From assembly GCF_009914755.1 (NCBI RefSeq), contig NC_060930.1: a stretch of 64,000 nucleotides of DNA; one strand, given 5' to 3'. A program made the position numbers and the translations under genes. How positions within the stretch are numbered: position 1 is the first letter of the stretch; each line of letters begins with the position of its first letter. The stretch comes from the human T2T-CHM13v2.0 reference genome, Homo sapiens. Shown here one piece after another: positions 11,831 to 26,502 of the stretch. The notes below the pieces were generated by a model. The model had not been told where the DNA came from. It worked only from the letters and a program-made list of their open reading frames with translations, and searched no databases.

Positions 11831-12201
11831 TCTATGCTTCCAGAACCTATCCTCCCACGATTCCTTTAAAGTTCACATTTAGTGCTAGACCTTTGAGAAT
11901 ATCATCTTATATATTCTGAAAACCTTTAATTCCTAGTTTTTCTGGAAAGCAAGTATGAATTTATTCCATTTTAATGAAGAAAATAAAGCAGAGATTCACT
12001 AATAAATATTCTTAAGGTCTCAAAATGAATACTGGAAACATTTCCTAATATCCTAAAAGCCATAGCTGGCAGAACTATCCTGAGCACTGCTCTGGAAAAG
12101 ACAGAGAAGCTGCAATGGGGAGGAATTACGTTTCTTGAATACAAATTCTGAGGGGTGAAAAGGTAAGACCCAAAACTCCTGCAAAGGTTAAGCAAACTCA
12201 C

Positions 12202-12381
12202 CGTCATCATTTCTGAATTTACTTGGGTTGGAACTGTTGAGAGCAGATCAAGGATGTTAATAATGGCTCCCAGACTCCCAGGAGAAGAGCTGATTTCATG
12301 TTCCGCTTTGTCTATGCTAATAGAAAGATCCTTCAGGTATGTAGGGAGCATCTCATCCTGAGAGGGGCTCTTGATCAAAGC
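12202..12381 (-). CDS. ADGRF5: ADGRF5 exon 16 (180 nt), GAIN helical subdomain
   Basis: ALIKSPSQDEMLPTYLKDLSISIDKAEHEISSSPGSLGAIINILDLLSTVPTQVNSEMMT; donor ACG|gtgagt. Confidence 0.95.
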
Positions 12382-12763
12382 CTAGTAAAACAAAAGCCAA
12401 CACAAAAAAAAATTTACCAGTCAATTCAGCTATCGAATCCAGCTGATCCATTCCTGGCAAAATCTCTCACATCCGTTGTTTCCTTTTTTGCTCCATTTCC
12501 ATAAATATGTCCCATAAGATGATGTGCTTATCCCTTAAGCACTCCATGCATGCTCTTCAGAACAGAATATGACATAAGGCCACACACAGAAGGGGAACAA
12601 ATGTATGTCAACCTGATAGCTAACTGGAACAAAAAAGGGAAGCTAGATGTGATGGCTAGAGAAGTAGGTTAAAGTTGGGTGCAATGGTCACTTGGATAGT
12701 CGGTATGGAAGCACAGTTGCCACTTTTTGGTTTTCCTCATATCACTTACCCTGCCAATCATTA

Positions 12764-12896
12764 AAGTGACTGACCCTTCCAATTTTCCAGGGACTGTTCT
12801 GGTTTATACCTTTTCTCCTTGTGTATTTATTAAGAGTGCCCTCTTATATTCTCAAAATGTGTCCCGACTTAGATGATAGATTATATGGTCACCCTA
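12764..12896. mobile_element. MER81-like hAT MITE
   Basis: Ends gtcccgacttagatgatagattatatggtcacccta. Confidence 0.55.
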
Positions 12897-14373
12897 CCTG
12901 TATGATTACACTTCTGCTTTCTAACTCTCTCTTACTTAATCGCATAGAATAGCTCAAATTCTGTCTTCTATGAAAAGCATTTGATAGATGTTCCAACCCA
13001 GGAAAGTTCCTTCCTCTGAATGCGTAAGTATTGGTTTTATATAATATACTTTCATTTGTGGCATCTCCAGTAGTGTCATCTTGTGTTCTAATTTTGATAT
13101 TGCTCCAATTAAATTATAAGCTCCTTAACAACATGGACCATGTGCTACATTTCTTTACATTCTTCTCATTCCTATAATTCCTAACATAGTACAAGTCATA
13201 TAACTCAGCACACAGTAAGTATCCAGTAAGTATATGCTGAATGGATAAATCAAAGGAAGCATGATAGAGCAGCATGATCCTTTTCCATTGAAAATGTATG
13301 TAGATATCTAGAATTGGGACTTGGGCCCACATCGAGTTCAGATTACAATTTCTATCTTTCTTCATTAGGATAATTTATATCTCTCATGCCTCATTCATCA
13401 AGGTCCAGCTCAGATGCCTATTTTTTTCAAGCAGATCTTCTTAATTTATCTTAGCCAAATTAATGTGTATGTAACTACCCAATTCGATTATTTTCTTTAC
13501 CAGAGACAAAGATCTGATTTGGCCCATTTACCTTGACAGCACCTATAATCATGCTTTGCACATAGCAGAGATTTTAATAAATTTGGTGTGAGACAAGAGA
13601 AGAGATAGAAGTTAATTAGATGAAACACATATAAGTATTACCCTTTTTTTCAATTATTTACCCAGTGGTGAGAGGATTTGGAATTGGTTGTCTGAAGATG
13701 TCATCATTACCTATAACCTCACCAGTTGCATCACCAGAATTTTTTAATGTAATTCATGGAATTTTAGGAGTCTAACAACAAATCAAGTGTGGAGGTCCCA
13801 TTTTTTTACATTGACAGAAGGAAAGGAACTTCTGCCCTGTTACATAGTGGTAACCTCTATTATAGGTAAGAGAGGCAGGGTAGTTGCTTCTTCAAAAGCA
13901 CAAGTTACTTCCAAGTAGTCAGAAAATTTCATACCTGTAAGAGCATCAAGCCCAGCTATTTTTTTTAAAGAAATTGATGAAGCTTGTTTTTTCATATTGC
14001 TCCTTTTTCTGAAAGGATTATAGCAATTTTCTTGGTATCAAAATTACTCAAAGGAGAGCAATAAGAGAGAGGATAATACCGCTGCCCCCTGGAGGTATGG
14101 AACACATGGTACTGAGAAGTCAAGGTTAAGGTATCTAGTCGGTCTGAGAGCAGAACACATACTTAGTTGTCTTAGTATTTGAATTGAGGCTTTTTTTTTT
14201 TTTTTTTTTTTTTTTGCATTTCTAGGGTTGCATCTCCTTTGGAAATACACAAATAAAAGTAGTTTTGGAGCAACACAAAGCAGCACCAAACCCATTTTCC
14301 TAAGTGCTGAGAAATATGATCAGCCAGATAGATCGCCCCACCAAGAGCTCAGAGTGGAAGCTTTAAGGATCAC

Positions 14374-14582
14374 CTTAGCCATCTGGAGCAGACTGTTTAT
14401 TGGGGCAGAGATGCAGTCATTTCTCTTCTCCTCCCACTGGGAGCCTACACATTTGTAAGTGATGGTCCCGCCAATGGGACTCTCAGGGCTGCTGGGAACG
14501 TTTGAGAACCGGCATAGCTTCTGGATGACTTTCCCCGGCTCTCCGACACCTATTACGGGATCCTGGCATGTGATGTTTTCCC
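14374..14582 (-). CDS. ADGRF5: ADGRF5 exon 15 (209 nt), HormR-like segment
   Basis: GENITCQDPVIGVGEPGKVIQKLC...TITYKCVGSQWEEKRNDCISAPINSLLQMAK; donor AAG|gtgatc. Confidence 0.95.
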
Positions 14583-14832
14583 CTGTGTTGGAAACATTGA
14601 AATAAAGGGATAATTGCAAGGAAGAGACAATATAGTAGAAATACGGTCAGGCCAAGGTAGAATTTTGATGTTTGAATTCACATTTACCTTTACTTTCCGT
14701 CACCTTTTCAGAACTACCCAATTTCTTAATTTTGCCCTTGATTTTCCAAAGCCCCTCTCTGCTTTCCACATGAACCTGACTTCTGTAATCGGAACTTCCT
14801 TTTCCTAATAGAATTTTATACCTTCATCTGGA

Positions 14833-14990
14833 GATTCTCAACTGTGACATATTAGAATCATCTGGGAAGCTTTTGAAAACACCAGTGTCTGGGCTAAGTA
14901 AATCGGAATCGTCAGAGCGGGATTTAGGCATCAGCAGGTTTTTAAGCCTCCCTGGTGATTCCAGTGTGCTGTCAAGGTTGAGAATCACTG
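14833..14990. mobile_element. MER5A DNA transposon
   Basis: ttctcaa...attagaatcatctggg...ggtgattcc...aaggttgagaatcactg. Confidence 0.7.
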
Positions 14991-15830
14991 CCATAATCCA
15001 AAGACATAATTGCTAGTAGGAACTCCAGGTACCCATGACCTGAATATTCTAATCAATATGTTTAAGCATTTGTTCCTTCTGGTTTCCCTTAGAGGTGATT
15101 CTATTTCACCTCTTCTCATGACCAGGCAAGGATGGGGAAATGACACTTGCTGTGGAATCTCTCATGTCCAGTGGACCCTGACTCTGATGAGACCCCTCCC
15201 TCACCAACACTTTTCTTTAACATTAAGATCTTAACCACTGTATACAAATCTTAAATAAGTAATGTTCTGCTAGGAAAAAGAAGCGAAACCATATTTGGTA
15301 TAAAGAAAGAGGAGAAGAACAAAGATAAGTGAATAAAATGTGTTGGCTAAGATGAGTGATGGGGAAAAGAAGAGGTGACCTTTGCTGCACCCTGGAGGGG
15401 TTGTACTTGTGCGTGGAAAGGTCAGGTGAAAGTGACTCTAAATTGTTTCCTGTTTTGGTGCCCAGGGGCTAGTTGCCAACATGTGAGAATGACCACAAAC
15501 TATTCAGTAAACTCAAACAAGCTTGGTGATAACGATCCTTTGTCTATCACAAGTCCTGTTGCTGGGATGATTTAAGAAGATGAGGAGTTGCTTATGGTAG
15601 AAGCCCAGGGTCATCATTTATCCCTTGTCTTAACATAAGATTCTCCCTTAAGATGACCTTGTATTAGGATGATCTATCCTTCCCTGCTGCTGAGGGGAGC
15701 TCCTCAACATGGGCTAGCATAGCAATGACTCTGTAAAACATGAACTTTCACCTCAAAGATATTATGTGATGGCAAATTGACTCAGTGGTGGCAAAGGATG
15801 GGAAAAGCAGCTGCCTATTCTCGAGATTAA

Positions 15831-16309
<479 letters not shown>

Positions 16310-16527
16310 AATAACATTTTTTTATCACATAGATTTCTTCCCTAGGCTTGAGGCCAGGGGACATGGCTTATTTCTTTTCTTTTAAATACCCCTATGGTGA
16401 GCCCAGGGCCTACCACAGTGAGGGTATTTAACATATGTTTATTGAATGGGGATGAATGAGGGAGTGAATAAATAAATAAGTCCCTGCCCCGACTATAACA
16501 TCTTAAAGTAATTTAAAACGTTCTTAC

Positions 16528-16683
16528 CAGGAACCAGATTCAGCTTCATAGATGGGCTCCAAACTGAATTATTAGCAGCATTGGTAAAGTGACAACACAC
16601 ATCAACAGTTTTTGAACACCAGGAAACTGAGCTTGCATTGAAATTGTGTTTGTAGCACACTTGTTTTTTGTTAACTTCTTTTG
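16528..16683 (-). CDS. ADGRF5: ADGRF5 exon 14 (156 nt)
   Basis: AKEVNKKQVCYKHNFNASSVSWCSKTVDVCCHFTNAANNSVWSPSMKLNLVP; donor G|gtaaga. Confidence 0.95.
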
Positions 16684-18407
16684 CTGAAGACAGAATTATT
16701 GAAAGAATTAAGTCACAACATGAGTCTCTAATGCACAAATTGTGTTAAGATAACCTAATATGAATAAACCTGTCCAAGCTTTCCCGAGGAATGTGCCACA
16801 TTCATTTTTAACAGGTTTTACCTCTGGGTTTTGAAGTATGTAAGCCCACATTTGCATGTGTGCTAGTCAAAACTTCTCCTCTACCATTCATGACTCCAAG
16901 TCACACATTTTTGACATTCAGAATGCCTTTTCAGCATTCCACAAATCCTTCTCCCTATCTAAATTTCATCATGCTCTGAGCATTTATCCTATTCTGCCTT
17001 TACCATATTGGTATATAGTCACCTATTCATGAGTTTGTCTTCTCTACTAGACCATACGCTCCTGGAGAGAAAGTACCTTGTCTTATTTATCTTTCCATCT
17101 CCTGGTGCTCAGCTCAGTATCTGGTGCATAGAAAGCACTGAATGTATGCATATTAAACACAGAATGTTGAAATGCTGCATATGTCAAAATCCAGATTGAT
17201 TATATCCCTCTGCCATGCAGCCTTCTTTAAAGACTACAGTGTTTATTGAGTCCCCACTTTTCTGAACTTCTACTGTTTTTTTAGTCTGTATTATTCTATT
17301 TGGATATTTTATATTATATGCATTGCCTTTCAGGGCATGGGCCCTTCTAGATATTAAAATATGTGCCCCACTTCTTTTTTCTCCCTTTCATTGCCTACTA
17401 TGGTGTCTTGCGTTGAGTAAACCCTCCAGAATAGTTATTGAAAGAATGAATGAGCTTGTAAATCCCTCATGAAGTTGTCTGTGTTTTGAGATTTTGGGTT
17501 GTGAGATCATGCTGGTTGACCTTAATCTCTAGGAATCCCTAGGGATCTGGATTAAGGGCACCATCTACCAGAGAGACTTTGATTTTTTTTTCTTTTTTTG
17601 CTGGTTGACATAGGGTGCTACCAATGGACAACTTTAAACTTAGGTTGGCACTCCTGAACCACAAAGGAAATATAAATTCAAAGCCCAAACCTGAGTGATG
17701 GCAGGACAACTATATTTTTTGGGGGAAACCTTTTGTCCACCCAGAGATGAGGCCAAGGTCTCAACTCTGGCAGATGAATTTTGTTTTCCTAGCTTAGTCT
17801 CACTGAATGTGCCACTTTTTGAAGGTCTTAACATTGTGTCAATGGGGTGTGAGTGACCCATTGTGTGTTTAGGGAGCACAGTCTTTACTTTTATGCCCTC
17901 TGGAGCCTTAAAACCCAAGGTTCTGGGTTTCTGATATTGGCAAAAGCCCATAGGAAAGCTCCAGCATTAGTTAAAGCATCATTTCTATTTTATTTTCCTC
18001 TACTTTTTTGGCACTTGGTTGTTTCTCATACTTTCTTACATGCTCAATTATGCATTTAAAGGGATTTTCATGGCAGTTTTGTGGCATGCAACTTTATAGC
18101 ATGGAGGAAAAGATTGTCAGAATATCTAGTCTGCCATATTCCTTAGAAGGTATCTCAATACTTTCTTCAACTTCTCCCAATTAAAAAAAAAGGCTCCACC
18201 ATTGCAAACTCCCAAGATGGTACCATAAACCAATGAACCACTAGCCACATAGCAAAATAGAAGGTAACAAAGATTCATGGGATTCTACTCTGTTAATTCT
18301 ATCTCTGATACAATCCTATGTCTCTTGATCCCTATTTTAAGACTAAATTTTTAGACTCCACATATGTGAAATAATATACCCTAACAATTCAGCAATCAGC
18401 ATCTTAC

Positions 18408-18620
18408 CAGCAGGAAGGGATGAGGAACCCATATGGAAAGTAACTTTGTAGTCTCCATCCTCCTCTATGCAGCACTTGATGTGATGGGAACCACTGCATG
18501 AAACAGTAGCTTCCAAAGGATCAACCATGATGTTCAGCTTTAGAGGCAGCGGGTGAACAATGACGTCTTTGGTTGCAATACTGTATGAATTCTTATATCT
18601 AAATATGCAGTGATAGGTTC
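18408..18620 (-). CDS. ADGRF5: ADGRF5 exon 13 (213 nt)
   Basis: GTYHCIFRYKNSYSIATKDVIVHPLPLKLNIMVDPLEATVSCSGSHHIKCCIEEDGDYKVTFHMGSSSLPA; donor G|gtaaga. Confidence 0.95.
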
Positions 18621-19629
18621 CTGAGTAGAAGACGGCAAAAATGAGATGGAATGAAATAATCGCCCTTCAAAAGCATCTGCTGGGAAGGTTAAGAAGAGGC
18701 TTAATTTTCCCTCTCAAGCTTTAGTAAAGGAATACCACAACTTCCTGGACACTGGAGGAAAAAATGCTTGATTGATTCCTCTTCTGGGTTCTCCATGCAC
18801 TTGAAGGACTAACCAATGACCACGTAAATATGCACTTACTTTCAAATAAAATTAAGTGGCTTATTCAAGGCCAAACAGCCTGTTAGCGGCAAAATTGGAT
18901 TTCAAACCAGGTTTTCAATTTCTACTCTAAGGCTTTTCTACCAACCCAAGGAATAAATGGGAGTTTTGCCGTGCGCAGAGGTGGGGAGTTTTTTGACAAT
19001 AATTGTTAACCTGATGGAACACTGTGGTGTTATGACACCCCTATCTCCCATCTCTAAGTGAGCAGGCCCTTGCTCATCATGGCCCCAGAGGACAAGTCAT
19101 CATTTGGGCAGCTGCCATGGAGACATACAGCAAGATTACAACAGCACCTACAGTTAAGTAAGACCCTTCAATTTTCTTTACATTGCTTCCCTTTGCCCCA
19201 GCTCTGGAAAAGTCAGAAGCAGCAGCTAACCAGAGGGCGAACGAGCAAAGAAAGGAAACTCCTTTTAATTCCTGCTGGGGGGGAAGAGGGAATTTAAATT
19301 GAATATAAAATGACAGTGTAGTAGATTTAGATGAGAATATGACTTTTCAATAACTGATTATGGGACTGTTTAATAGATTAATGTGACTGCAAAAGCTAAA
19401 ATTCTTCCTAGGTTATTGGCATTTAGTAGGAAAGAGTAATTGGACAGAGCAGGATTGAGGTCAGCCTGGAAGAAAAATACTTCCATTTCCTGACTGTATA
19501 CTACCAAGTCCAGCACAAACAATAACTAGTTGTTTCTACAATGTTGCCTAGGCCTTATATGAAAATAAAAAGAAGACATGGGACTCACGGAATCTAGACT
19601 GATTAATCTCATAGTTAATGAAAGGCTTT

Positions 19630-19880
19630 AGAGTGGGGTGGCTAAGAGTTGACCACTGGAGCCAGTCAATCTGCGTTTGCATCCTGGCTCTGCCACTTGC
19701 CAGATGTATAACCTTGGGTAATTTACTTAACTTTACTGAGTCTCAGTTTCCTCATCTGTAAAATGGGGCTAATAATAACAGTATCCTCTAGGTTTATTGT
19801 TTCACATGAATTAATACATTTAAATACTTTGCATAGTGCCTATCACATAGTTAAGGGCTCAATAAATATGAGCTATTATT
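19630..19880 (+). mobile_element. MIR SINE
   Basis: Core ctcagtttcctcatctgtaaaatgggg. Confidence 0.8.
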
Positions 19881-20362
19881 GTAGCAGTTCTATCTACCAA
19901 TTTCTCTTTGCTTTCAAAGATTTGCATTTCCTCACAAAACAAACAATGGATAGAGGTAAACAGGAAATTAAAATGTGTTCCTTTTTTTGGAACCAAGCTT
20001 ATAAAATCTTTACCTAGCTGTTCTAAAGCACAGTTGGGTCAAACACTCCCTAGTGTCTAGTGAAAGTACTTTTAAAAACAATCCTCATAACTTAATGGCA
20101 AGGGTACAGGGTCTGGAATTAGAGACACTAGTTCCATTCCTGGCTCTACAACTTAAGTTGTTTGAGCATATTTACTTTATCTGTAAATATGGAAATAATG
20201 GCATCTTCCCTCAAAGGAATGTTGCGTTAAGTGTGAAGACATATTGAATTTAAAGTGGTTGGCATAGGCATGTCTCAAAGAAGACCCTACACAGATGGTA
20301 ACTATTATTGCATGTTTCCAAGAGCCCAGGCAGCACAATACGGTGTCCGGCCTTTCACTCAC

Positions 20363-20572
20363 CATTCCACTCCCTGGTCGAGGTCTTGACTGTCAGTACT
20401 GATTCTGCTCCATCAAGATACCTCCTCGTGGTATAAAATCTTTGGTATATTTTAATTCCAGCAGAAGTGTTCCAATAAACCTCATCATAGTTACTCACAT
20501 CACTGATGCATTTTATAGAAAAGTTTTGTCCCTCAGAAACAGAAATTGGGTCCGGGGTTATTGTTAGATTGG
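20363..20572 (-). CDS. ADGRF5: ADGRF5 exon 12 (210 nt), Ig-like
   Basis: ANLTITPDPISVSEGQNFSIKCISDVSNYDEVYWN...LTVKTSTREWN; donor G|gtgagt. Confidence 0.96.
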
Positions 20573-21204
20573 CTGAAAAAAAGGCAAACAAAACAGACAA
20601 AAGAAAACTGACAAGTTCAATGTGTAGTATCTCTGGGGACATTAACATATGACTGAAACTTCAGAGAGGGACAGAAAAAAAAAATGAACCATCCTGACTC
20701 TACTCATGTCAAGGTAGAATTGGTACCTTGCTGCTCCCGGGCTTTACTCGTTTCTAGGCTGTTCCTGGTGGTGCTCTGCACTGTACTCATTTCCATCACA
20801 TGCCTTAGGACCTCGTGCACTTCACTTTTGTGGCTGGAATTATCTCCTGATGATCAGCAGGGTAAAAGGTTGCAAACTTAGGGGTGTCGCCTTATCCCAC
20901 GCTCCCCTCCAACCTCCTCTGTAACACCTTAAGGGAGAACAAATGGCCGGGTTCCTCTAACAATCTCAATCTCTACTCTTTTAAAATACTTTTTAATAAT
21001 ACCACATTGTGTATTATTTTCTCTCTTTTAATATCTCCCCTCCATAAAAATGTGAGCCCTCAAGGGCAGACCTGTAGCCTCTGTGTCTTTGCATCCCCAG
21101 TACTCAGCACTGGGTCTAGTACACAGTCAATGCTTAATAAGTGAAAGAGTGAATTCTGGAACTACATTTTAAGTACAAGAATCATAGCCTGTATTGCCCA
21201 AATA

Positions 21205-21260
21205 TGAGTTGGTTTAAAAGTAATGGCTAAAAGCACAATTACTTTTGCACTAACCTAATA
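21205..21260. mobile_element. MADE1 (mariner MITE) fragment
   Basis: aaaagtaatggc...caattacttttgcactaacctaata. Confidence 0.75.
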
Positions 21261-21647
21261 ATTACACCTGCACTGTCAGGTAAACTGGGATGTACAGGTA
21301 CCTTAATTATAACTATATAACTACAGCAATATAAGTATTTATATGTAATTAGTTTCACTATATATATACTCCTCTAAGAAGCTTCTCACAGGTTCATGAA
21401 AAATTACTAATCAAAAATATTAATAAGACTATTACAAATATAAAATATAAATATAAAAGCTTATATGAGCTTCCCACTATTTTTGTCTAACTGTGCACTT
21501 CTCTTTGAGTATATCTTTACATGGTTGATATTTCAAAACACCATTCACTTCAGTCTTCTATAAGTGAACAGCTTCATTTTGTGAGCCCACTGATGCTGGC
21601 CTACTTACCCAGTCAGTGTGAAATCTTATTATTAATAATATTATTAT

Positions 21648-21940
21648 TTTTTTCTTTTTAGAGACAGGGTCTCATTCTGTCACCCAGGCTGGCACAATCA
21701 CGGCTCACTGCAGCCTCAATCTTCTGGGCTTAATTGATCCTCCTGCTTCAGCCTCCCAAGAAGCTAGGACTACAGGCCCACATCCCCATGCCTGGCTAAT
21801 TTTATTTTTATTTTTTATTGGTAGAGACAGGGCTTTGCCATGTTGCTGGGGCTAGTCTGAAACTCCTAGGCTTAAGCCATCTGCTCACCTTGGCCTCCCA
21901 AAGTGCTGGGATTACAGGCATAAGCCACCATGCCTGGCCT
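21648..21940 (-). mobile_element. AluJ
   Basis: Diverged Alu with gagacagggtctc and ctcactgcagcctc motifs. Confidence 0.88.
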
Positions 21941-23324
21941 AAAAATCTTATTCTTAATCATAATCCAATGACATCAGGGCTTTTTACAGTTACCATTTAG
22001 AAGCTGGGATTCAAATGTTCAGACAGCCCAAAGCCACTCAAAGAAGGTGTAATATGTCCCTGCATTGCCCTCCCCATCCATAGGCATCTTGAGATGGCTC
22101 TCTAAGGCTTAGCTATTTCTTTGAGTAAAAAGAAAAAGGCTCATGGAACCATGAATTTGGTCCTCTTGATTGTCTGATGAGATTCCAAACTACCAGACTA
22201 GTGATTTTCAGCAAAGGCTTAACATGTCCCTAAGACAGGTCCCAGTTTTGTGGATAGAGGTAAAGTTATGTTAAGTAATTTGGAGAATGATTAGTTTTAC
22301 CTGAAAGCATTATTTCGCTAGAAGAGCTCATGAGTATTTTGAGCAATTTGCAGTTTTCTGTAGTGAGAACAGTTTTGATTATTTGAACATAACACAACTC
22401 TTTGTGTTAAAACTAGGAATGCAAAACTGTTCTACCTGTAGATATATGATTATTATATAGCTATATATTATATATTATAGATATATATTAGATATATAGA
22501 TAGATTACGCCCACATAAACATAATCTTGATCTTTGTAAAAATGCTAAGTCACAATAGCAGAAAACATGAACGACAGTTAACAAGTGTTGCTTATATCAG
22601 TCGTTTCTCTAAACTTGTTCACAAAAGGGTCTAATGATTAATCTAAATTGTTCATTTTTGTAAGACAGGTGGAAAAACAAGTTTGAATGTCCTCTTTTTA
22701 CACGTGGGGTGAAATTATAATGCTTTATGATATAGGGAGAAATGACAATTTTAAGAAGCCTAACTAAACAAGTAATTGAGAGACTAACAAATCACTCGTT
22801 CCAACCATAAAATAACCAGAAAGAATCAGATTATTAAGGCTTTCTGCAGCATTGTCTCTGGAACAGGTGAAATGGGAGAGGAGGAATGAGGAAGGGTGTT
22901 GAGGAGTAGTAGGGGAGTGAGCCAGGCTGTTGGAATTCAAGAATGGGAGAATGAAGTAATGAGGGAAAAGGGGAAAATTAGGGACATTATCCTCATTACA
23001 CCTTCAATGATAATAGGGATAACCTGAGTGGGAAACCCTACTTCCCACTCCACCTCCTGCATTACTCAGAGAATGCCCCGGGGTTCCTTCCTGGGAACCA
23101 CGGTGTCCTACCACAACCATCCCCAATTGTTAAAAGACTCCCTCTGAATTTAAATGGCAGAGAGAGAAATCCTTTTCTATCTCCCATTGTGTGATTTGCC
23201 CTAACCACACTCCCTCTCTGTCCATTATTTTGCTCATAGATATTTCCATAGCTCACAGATCACTGGCAGCACTTATTTAAGGTGGAACCTATTTATGGCT
23301 AAAAATGCTAGGGAGAGTCCTTAC

Positions 23325-23495
23325 CCACAGAGATGAATGTCACTTTTATGTTTGCACTGCCTCTGGCTCCATAGGCACTGATGAACTCACAAGTGTAGAT
23401 GACTGTTGTTCCAGACGACCCGCTTGGGCACTGGGTTCCATCAGCCTTGAGGGTGTATCTGCTGCAGCTAGAATCTATGTCTGTCTCAGGGGTTC
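23325..23495 (-). CDS. ADGRF5: ADGRF5 exon 11 (171 nt), Ig-like
   Basis: GTPETDIDSSCSRYTLKADGTQCPSGSSGTTVIYTCEFISAYGARGSANIKVTFISV; donor G|gtaagg. Confidence 0.95.
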
Positions 23496-24499
23496 CTATA
23501 ATGAGAAGCAAATTGTTGCCATCCCAGCTGGCTAACTCTTTTATTTAGTAGCAAAGAGGTCAAATCATTTTTTTTTCATAAAAGGAGTTACTATTTAAAT
23601 AGATTTCTTCTCTGAATGGAGAAGTTGGGTTTATGGTGATTAGGTCTGCAGACTCTGTATCCAGGTTGCCTGGCTTCGGATCCCAAACTCCATCACTTAC
23701 TAGCAAGATATTGTTGAGACAGTCACTTAACCACCTTGTGCTTCAGTTCTCCAGATGTAAAATGAGGATTAATAATTGCAGTTACTTCCCAGGACCACCG
23801 TAATGTTAAATGAGATAATATACATAAACTCTTAGAAAAGTACCTGACTGGGGCCTTCCCCAACAAAGACCATGAGCGATGGTTTTTTGAATGTGAACAA
23901 TAAAAAAAGAGAAGCAAGCTGTTTGGGTATGATTTAACTGGAAGAACAGATGTCAGATTATTTAGATTATTATGATTATTAAAAAGGGGAAGAAGCAATA
24001 CTGGGGCACCTGATATTCATCTTATTTGAGCATTTTTCACAGCATGTTCCCTGTTTAAATCTCTATGTTTTAGTGAAAACTTCAACTTCATGCATTCTCA
24101 GTTACCAGCAGCTTCCCCTTCAAAATAGCTCCCTTTCCATACCTTTCTTTCCTTTCCCAGAAATACCATGCCCTCCATGCCATCTTTCCTCTTGCCTCGG
24201 GTTCTACAACACCCTGTGGCTGATTTTTCCTACTCTAGTCCCTTTACTCTCCCTCCTTCCACCTTGCCTGCTGCCATGCACTCCTAAGGGAATCTTCAAA
24301 CACTATCAATCTTCCGAAAATGAAGGAAAAAGAATAAGCCTTTTGATTAGTTCCAACGTAAATGTGTCTTTTTCAGCCGTGGCTGATCAATGATATTTGA
24401 CATATTTCAATCAACATGTAACTAGCTTTTCTCCCTAGACCCCAGAAAGGTTGTTTGAAACACGAAACTGATTTCCCTCTTTATCTATCTTGACTAAAT

Positions 24500-25870
24500 T
24501 ACCTCTTAGCTCACAGACATGAGTGTCTGTGCCCATCTCTAAGGCTCACCCCGCCACTTATCTTTTGAAAATCCACTTCTTCTAATTCTTCCAGGACATC
24601 CCTTCATCCTTTGCCCTTCCTCACCCTGTGTCTTTAATCTTTCCTCCCAGATTTCCTCCCCTTCAACCCCCAGATACACTCAAGTCTCCCTTCCTGAAAT
24701 GGTCTTTCCCCAGTCTGAATGCTCCCTAGCCACCACTGCATTTCTTCCTCTCTTCATACCACCATGCTTCTGTGTTTGCCACTTCCAATTTTTCACTCCC
24801 GTTTCTCATCAAGTCTTTGCGATTGGCCTTCTTCACCCTCTCCTCTACCGAAAGTGTTCCTTTAAGGCCAACAGTGACCTCCCCTTTCCCGTATCCAGTG
24901 GCCTCCCCTCATGCTACTTTGACTGCAGCATCCCATTCTCCTGACCACCTTCTCTCTGATTTGGCATGCTTGAGTCCTAGATGTCTCCCGCCCCTCTTTT
25001 CTCCTCATCCCTCCTTCTGGGTCTCCCTTTCAGGCTCTTTTCCTTCATCCCCTTCTCAAAGATTGCCCCTTTCCTCATCTTTTTCTCTATTCTCTCTGCA
25101 GGCAATCTCATCTATACCTATGGCTTCTAGTATAGCTCAAATTTGGATGACTCCCACTCTATTTCTAAGAGCAACACTCTCGTTGGAAACTTTAGAAGCA
25201 AATTCCCAAGTGTTGCTCTGACATCTTCGGTACCTTCAACTCAATTGGTCCATTTAAGAACTCATCTTTTTTCTCCCCAGATAAAACCTGTACATCTTCC
25301 AATGTGTCCTTTCTTTGCACTTGGCATTTCCCCAAACAAAAAATCTTAAATTACTTGCATGCACTCACCTTTTACCCCTACTCAGTTGTAAGAAACTTTT
25401 AGATTACTCTTCTGAAATATCTCACTATTGTCTTATCCACTCCTACCCATGGTAACTTGCTCAGACCCCATTATCTGTGGTCTGCCCATTACACATGATT
25501 GTAGCTGAGTCTCTATTTTCAGTTATTTGCCCCTGCAATCTATTGGCTATAAGACCTTAAAACTTATTTTTCCTAAGTTCAGCTCTCACCATCTGATGTC
25601 CCTCTTTTTACCTTTAAAACCTTACCATTGCCTACAGAATACAGTAAAATCCCTCTTAGCCTGGTATATTCAATTATTCACAGTGTGATTCCAATCTGCT
25701 TCTCTTCTCTTTATCTTCTATAGCTCTCTCTGAAAAATTAGATCATCTCCTGGGGCTTGAACATGCCCTGTAGCTTTGCACCTCCATGCCTCTGTTCACA
25801 CCTGAAATATTCTCATTCCCTCTTCCTCCTGCTGATTCTTACTGATCCTTAAAGACCCATTTATCTCACC
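24500..25870. mobile_element. L2 LINE remnant(s)
   Basis: Long pyrimidine-rich degenerate sequence with L2-like motifs (ctccatgcctctgttcac, cccttctcaaa); boundaries approximate. Confidence 0.55.
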
Positions 25871-26296
25871 AAACTAATGTATAAGACAATGATCTATGCA
25901 AGAAGGAGTGTATAAACAGATGTACAGAAATAATGATAGTGTGCAGTGGGTAGGTTCCATAAGAAAGAAGTCAATATGTTATGTAGATTAAAGGAGGGAT
26001 GTTTAGTTGAGAGATTAGGGAAGATTTCAGAGAAGGGGAAGATTTGCTCTAGGCCTTAACAGACATTCAGGATTTTAATAGATAGAAATGGCGGCTGTAG
26101 TTCTGGTATGTGGTTGTATGTGGGTTGTGTGTGAGTAAATCCATACTCCTTGGAAAACTTGGCATTCCATCAAGCTGCTTCAGGGGCTGGGGCTGTGTTG
26201 AGGGGGGTGGAAGGATAATAAACTGTGTGGGCTCCAATCCCTTCACCCTTTTTCTAACCACAGCAGCTCCACTTTGGTCTGCTTTACACATTAGAT

Positions 26297-26502
26297 GTGC
26301 TCTCAATGAGGGGCAATTTTGCCTCCCTGGAGGACATTTGGCAAGGTTTGGAGACATTTTTGGTTGTTGTAACTGGAGATGTTACTGGCATCTTGTAGGT
26401 ACAGGCTGGGGATGCTGCTACATATCCTACAATTCACAGAACAGTTCCACCCAGCAAAGAATTATCTGACCCAAAATGTCAATAGTGCTGAGTTGAGAAG
26501 AC
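26297..26502. mobile_element. MER20 DNA transposon
   Basis: ggacatttggcaaggtttggagacatttttggttgt...aaatgtcaatagtgctgag. Confidence 0.8.

Noticed and set aside
17480-18140. Possible old L1 5' or LTR fragment
   Set aside because: Too degenerate to assign by eye; needs RepeatMasker.
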